Assembly (NCBI GenBank): GCA_035569435.1
Contig: DATMNB010000195.1
Location: 4,894-68,893 of the forward strand
Length of the DNA: 64,000 bases
Reading direction: 5' to 3'
DNA from: Gemmatimonadaceae bacterium
GTDB taxonomy: Bacteria > Gemmatimonadota > Gemmatimonadetes > Gemmatimonadales > Gemmatimonadaceae
Shown here one piece after another: positions 61,170-64,000 of the stretch. The position numbers and the translations under genes are program-made. The stretch's first letter is position 1, and the number at the start of each line of letters is the position of its first letter. The notes beneath the pieces are model-generated. The model searched no databases. It was not told where the DNA came from and worked only from the letters and a program-made list of their open reading frames with translations.

Positions 61170-64000
61170 CTAGCGCGGCCCGCCGGGTGGGTTCTTGACG
61201 CTGTCGGGCACACGTTTCCATTGCTCCGGCGTCAGGATCTTCTGCGCCCGATCGATGGCGTCGCGCTGCAGCGCGCGTGCCCGTTGCAGCTGCGGCCGGA
61301 CGAGGGCGATCATGGACCCGGGGTCGGGGTTGGCGCCCATCTTCTTGAGTTGCGTTTGCACCTGACCCTTCAGACTGTCGACGCGCACGGCGAGCGAGTC
61401 GGAGTCGGCCTGGAGCGCCGTGATCTCCGTCGGCGTGAGTTGCAATGAATCGCGAAGTGCCAGAATCGACGCGAACGGATTCGGGAACCGCTCGGCGAAC
61501 CGCTGGGCGATCAGCTGGCTGAGGGGGACCGGCGGGCCGCCGCCAGCGCCCGGGCCGCCTCCACCACCAGGCTCGCGCCCGCCGCCCTCTCCGCCGCCGC
61601 GGCCGCCGCCCCCGCCGCCAAAGATCGAGCGCAGTTGGTCGGCATTGATGTCGCCAAACGCGTATCGCACCTGGAGCGCCAGTTGGAACGGGGCACTGTA
61701 CGCGCCGTACGCGGTATACGGCTGCCCAAAGTGTTGGTTGACCGTGTAGATGTACCGATTGGTCGTCGCGTCGAATCCCTTGACGTACAAGAGAATCGGA
61801 TCAGGCGGAAACGACTGCCCCCACCCGGCCAGGTGGTTGGGGCCGTGGACGAGATCATCAAGGCCGGTCAGCGTGTTAATGAGCAAGAGCGACAGCGTGA
61901 GCTTCCGCTGCAACCCGAAGTACGCCGGCCGGTAGTTGATCTGGATGTCGATCCCTGGCACCCACGGCCCCAAGCAGCTGTTCCGGGCCGCGATCTGCCC
62001 CAGTTGGCTGTTGAGACAGTCCTTGATGCGACCGGGCGCGTTGGCCAGGAGCTGCCGCATCGGTCCGGCTAGCGCGCTGTCGTCCGAGCTGGCGACCGTC
62101 GTCGGGTTGAACACAAATGCCCGGTCGTTGCGCGCGCCGTCGCCGTTGATGTCCTGGCTCACGAGCGGCGAGAACGGCTGCCCGGACGTGACTTTCACGA
62201 TCGACGTGATCTCGAGTGACGGGATGAGCGGCCAGGAGATCGTGCCGATGAATTGGTGCGTGCGCTGGAGATCGCTCGTGCCCCACTCCGCCACGTTGGG
62301 GCTGCCGCCGCCGTTCGTCGGGGAGGTGAACCCGTAGCCCGCGGAGCCGCCGGCAAACGAGGATTCGTCGCGGATGTGTGAGTAGGTGTAGGACACCTGA
62401 TAGCTGATCCCACCAAACGAGAAGCCGTTGAGCGCGACGGTGGCCTGCCGTGTGTCCGACTGAAGGGCCGAGTTGATGTCGTACACGTTGCCAAACGACG
62501 ACTGGACCCGGGAGCCGGCGAGATTGGTCGTGCCGGTCGTGGGGTCGACGACCGTCGTATAGACGGGACGATTCCCCTCGTTGGGGAGGAAGAACTTGGG
62601 AGTAGTGTTCAGGTTGGCATCGCTCACGCCAAAGAGGTGGGTCCCGCGGGCGTATGTGAAATCGACCGATGCGTTGACGGTCCCAAAGAACCGCTTGGAC
62701 ACCCCGAGCGACCCGCGCCAGGCGCGTGGCGACTCGAAATCGCGGTTGAAGGCGCTCACCGTGCGCAGGCTATCGAATTGCGGCGCGCTCGGGCAGTTGG
62801 ACGGCACGGGAATCGAGCCGTTGAAGTACCCAGGCCAATCGGCGCCATTGAACGGGATATTGGGCGCCGTGCAGACCGTCTGCGACTCGGCGCCGGGGAA
62901 CCCGGTCTGCGACTGCGCCGAGGAGAAGAGCGAGGTCGGCGCGTTCGCCCGGAACTCGCCAAACCCGCCGCGGAACACGGCCGAGGGCGGGCCGCCCTGG
63001 GACGTACGCAAGATGTACTGGAACCCGACGCGCGGGCTGGCGTGAATTTCCGAGGGCCAGTCGTTGGTGTTCAGGTGAAACAGTCGCTCGATATCCGGGT
63101 TCTCGGCCGGCGCGCCGCGGAACTCCGTGCCCTCGACGCGCAGGCCGTAGGTCAGCTGGAGAGGCGACGTCGGGATCCAGGTGTCGCCGATGTAGACCGC
63201 GCCGCTCGTGACGCCGCCGTGGCCGGCGATCGCGTTGAACGTGCGCGAGAACGACGCCGGCGAGTCGTTCTCAAAGGCGCTGATCGAGTTGAAACTATAC
63301 GTCCCGTTTCTGCCGAACTGCTGGAGCTGCGAGAACTCGCTGAAATCGAAGAGCGTGCCGAGCCGCACCCGGTGGCCGCCGCTCGGCGAGATCCAGGAGA
63401 TCTCGTCGGCGCTCTCCCAGAGATCGCTCGCGGTCGTCGATGGCAGGCCCGGGTTCCCGCCAAACTGCAGGGTGCTCACGCCGGACGTCTCGGTATCGAG
63501 GTCGGGCAGCGGATTGATCCGCCCCGAAAGGCCGTCGAGGTAGCCGGTGTTCGTCGTGTAATCGCGCTGGGCATAGGTGCGGAGCTCGTTCACCATGCTG
63601 CCCGAGAAGTGCGAGGTGAGCGCGACGAGGAGCCCGCCGCCCGCGCCATCGACGTGGCCGCCGACGGTGGGGAGCGTATTGGGGTTGACGCGCGTGCCAT
63701 CCTGCAAGCGGCCGCGGAAGTCGCCGCGCACGACGAGGGAGTTATTGTCGTCGATGATGAGGTCAAAGCGCTGAAAGGCGGTCAGGTTCTCGTACAGGCG
63801 CATGGCCGGCACGCCCGGCGCGGTCAGCGGGACGCCTTTCTGTCGCAGCGCCTGAATGAACTTGGCCACCGAGTCGGGGTTCACGCCGAGCGCGGTGAGG
63901 GTCGTCGGGCCGGCGTTGAGCAGATCGATCAGATCGTCAGATCGACGCGTCAGCTGGAAGGCGCTGAAGGAGAACAGCCGATCCTTGACGATCGGCCCGC
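61170..64000 (-). CDS. TonB-dependent-receptor-like outer-membrane beta-barrel protein with a C-terminal extension (5' end outside the window)
   Basis: The reading frame stays open from the track start (GTG 63884) to nt 64000 (hand-translated ...GPIVKDRLFSFSAFQLTRRSDDLIDLLNAGPTTLTALG-VNPDS...), so the gene is N-terminally truncated by the window. It has long beta-barrel-like sequence with Gly/aromatic strands. ...LALQVRYAF is followed by a Gly-rich linker and a helical tail of about 120 aa. Confidence 0.7.
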   Translation of the reverse strand, partial: GPIVKDRLFSFSAFQLTRRSDDLIDLLNAGPTTLTALGVNPDSVAKFIQALRQKGVPLTAPGVPAMRLYENLTAFQRFDLIIDDNNSLVVRGDFRGRLQDGTRVNPNTLPTVGGHVDGAGGGLLVALTSHFSGSMVNELRTYAQRDYTTNTGYLDGLSGRINPLPDLDTETSGVSTLQFGGNPGLPSTTASDLWESADEISWISPSGGHRVRLGTLFDFSEFSQLQQFGRNGTYSFNSISAFENDSPASFSRTFNAIAGHGGVTSGAVYIGDTWIPTSPLQLTYGLRVEGTEFRGAPAENPDIERLFHLNTNDWPSEIHASPRVGFQYILRTSQGGPPSAVFRGGFGEFRANAPTSLFSSAQSQTGFPGAESQTVCTAPNIPFNGADWPGYFNGSIPVPSNCPSAPQFDSLRTVSAFNRDFESPRAWRGSLGVSKRFFGTVNASVDFTYARGTHLFGVSDANLNTTPKFFLPNEGNRPVYTTVVDPTTGTTNLAGSRVQSSFGNVYDINSALQSDTRQATVALNGFSFGGISYQVSYTYSHIRDESSFAGGSAGYGFTSPTNGGGSPNVAEWGTSDLQRTHQFIGTISWPLIPSLEITSIVKVTSGQPFSPLVSQDINGDGARNDRAFVFNPTTVASSDDSALAGPMRQLLANAPGRIKDCLNSQLGQIAARNSCLGPWVPGIDIQINYRPAYFGLQRKLTLSLLLINTLTGLDDLVHGPNHLAGWGQSFPPDPILLYVKGFDATTNRYIYTVNQHFGQPYTAYGAYSAPFQLALQVRYAFGDINADQLRSIFGGGGGGRGGGEGGGREPGGGGGPGAGGGPPVPLSQLIAQRFAERFPNPFASILALRDSLQLTPTEITALQADSDSLAVRVDSLKGQVQTQLKKMGANPDPGSMIALVRPQLQRARALQRDAIDRAQKILTPEQWKRVPDSVKNPPGGPR

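Noticed and set aside
61530-61619. GCC/GCG-rich simple-sequence run, considered as a non-coding repeat or CRISPR-like element.
   Set aside because: It is in frame within the long minus-strand ORF and encodes the Gly-rich linker. It has no spacer/repeat periodicity. It is treated as part of the C-terminal-extension finding, with an assembly-error caveat.
1-64000. Search for mobile elements, integrases, CRISPR arrays, rRNA and tRNA genes.
   Set aside because: I found no transposase or integrase-like ORF, no terminal inverted repeats, no regularly spaced direct repeats and no rRNA/tRNA-like conserved blocks by eye. Absence is not proven without dedicated tools such as tRNAscan-SE, Infernal or ISfinder.

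Overview
Very GC-rich, gene-dense chromosomal segment from a diderm bacterium. It encodes outer-membrane beta-barrels, a TonB-dependent-receptor-like protein and lipoproteins. The protein set suggests Gemmatimonadota or a similar lineage, but that is a low-confidence guess. I support about 60 CDS. I saw no rRNA, tRNA, CRISPR array, transposase or integrase.

The ORF track starts each ORF at the first ATG/GTG/TTG after a stop, so many ORFs are over-extended. It also omits ORFs with no stop inside the window. I reset starts using 4-nt start/stop overlaps (ATGA/GTGA/TTGA), Shine-Dalgarno sequences and conserved N-termini. Many long Arg/Pro/Gly-rich ORFs are antisense shadows of real genes.

Gene content, left to right:
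- 1..15372, almost all on the minus strand: DUF885-like protein (untracked, partial), fumarylacetoacetase, M13 peptidase, two oxidoreductases, a GT-C membrane protein and mnmG. This is followed by a dienelactone hydrolase / NfeD-like / zinc-ribbon / PDZ-protease / LuxR cluster.
- padR, osmC, an ABC-F ATPase, a second M13 peptidase, murB and an M16 peptidase pair.
- A complete nine-gene his operon (hisG-D-C-H-A-B-F-N-IE).
- Two inverted paralogous lipoprotein cupredoxins flanking an orphan Wzc-like pseudokinase and a GNAT.
- A long minus-strand array: ispG, CPBP protease, small TM protein, ATPase, adh, RNase, barstar, pcs, mcr.
- A cold-shock gene, a small OMP and a TonB-dependent-receptor-like protein that runs off the right edge.

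Main findings:
1. A translationally coupled propionyl-CoA synthase (1763 aa) and malonyl-CoA reductase (1202 aa). These are the two giant signature enzymes of the Chloroflexus 3-hydroxypropionate bi-cycle. No other bi-cycle gene is in this window, and a secreted RNase/barstar pair sits directly upstream.
2. An untracked 27-codon His-rich leader peptide plus an intrinsic terminator upstream of hisG, giving a classical ribosome-mediated attenuator.
3. A receptor-like beta-barrel with an internal beta-signal, a Gly-rich linker and a Spy/CpxP-like (LTxxQ) C-terminal tail.
4. Several probable pseudo-enzymes or degenerate domains: the Wzc-like P-loop, an HD_4 hydrolase lacking two metal ligands, and a LuxR pseudo-receiver.

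All family assignments come from motif and sequence recognition by eye. No searches were run.
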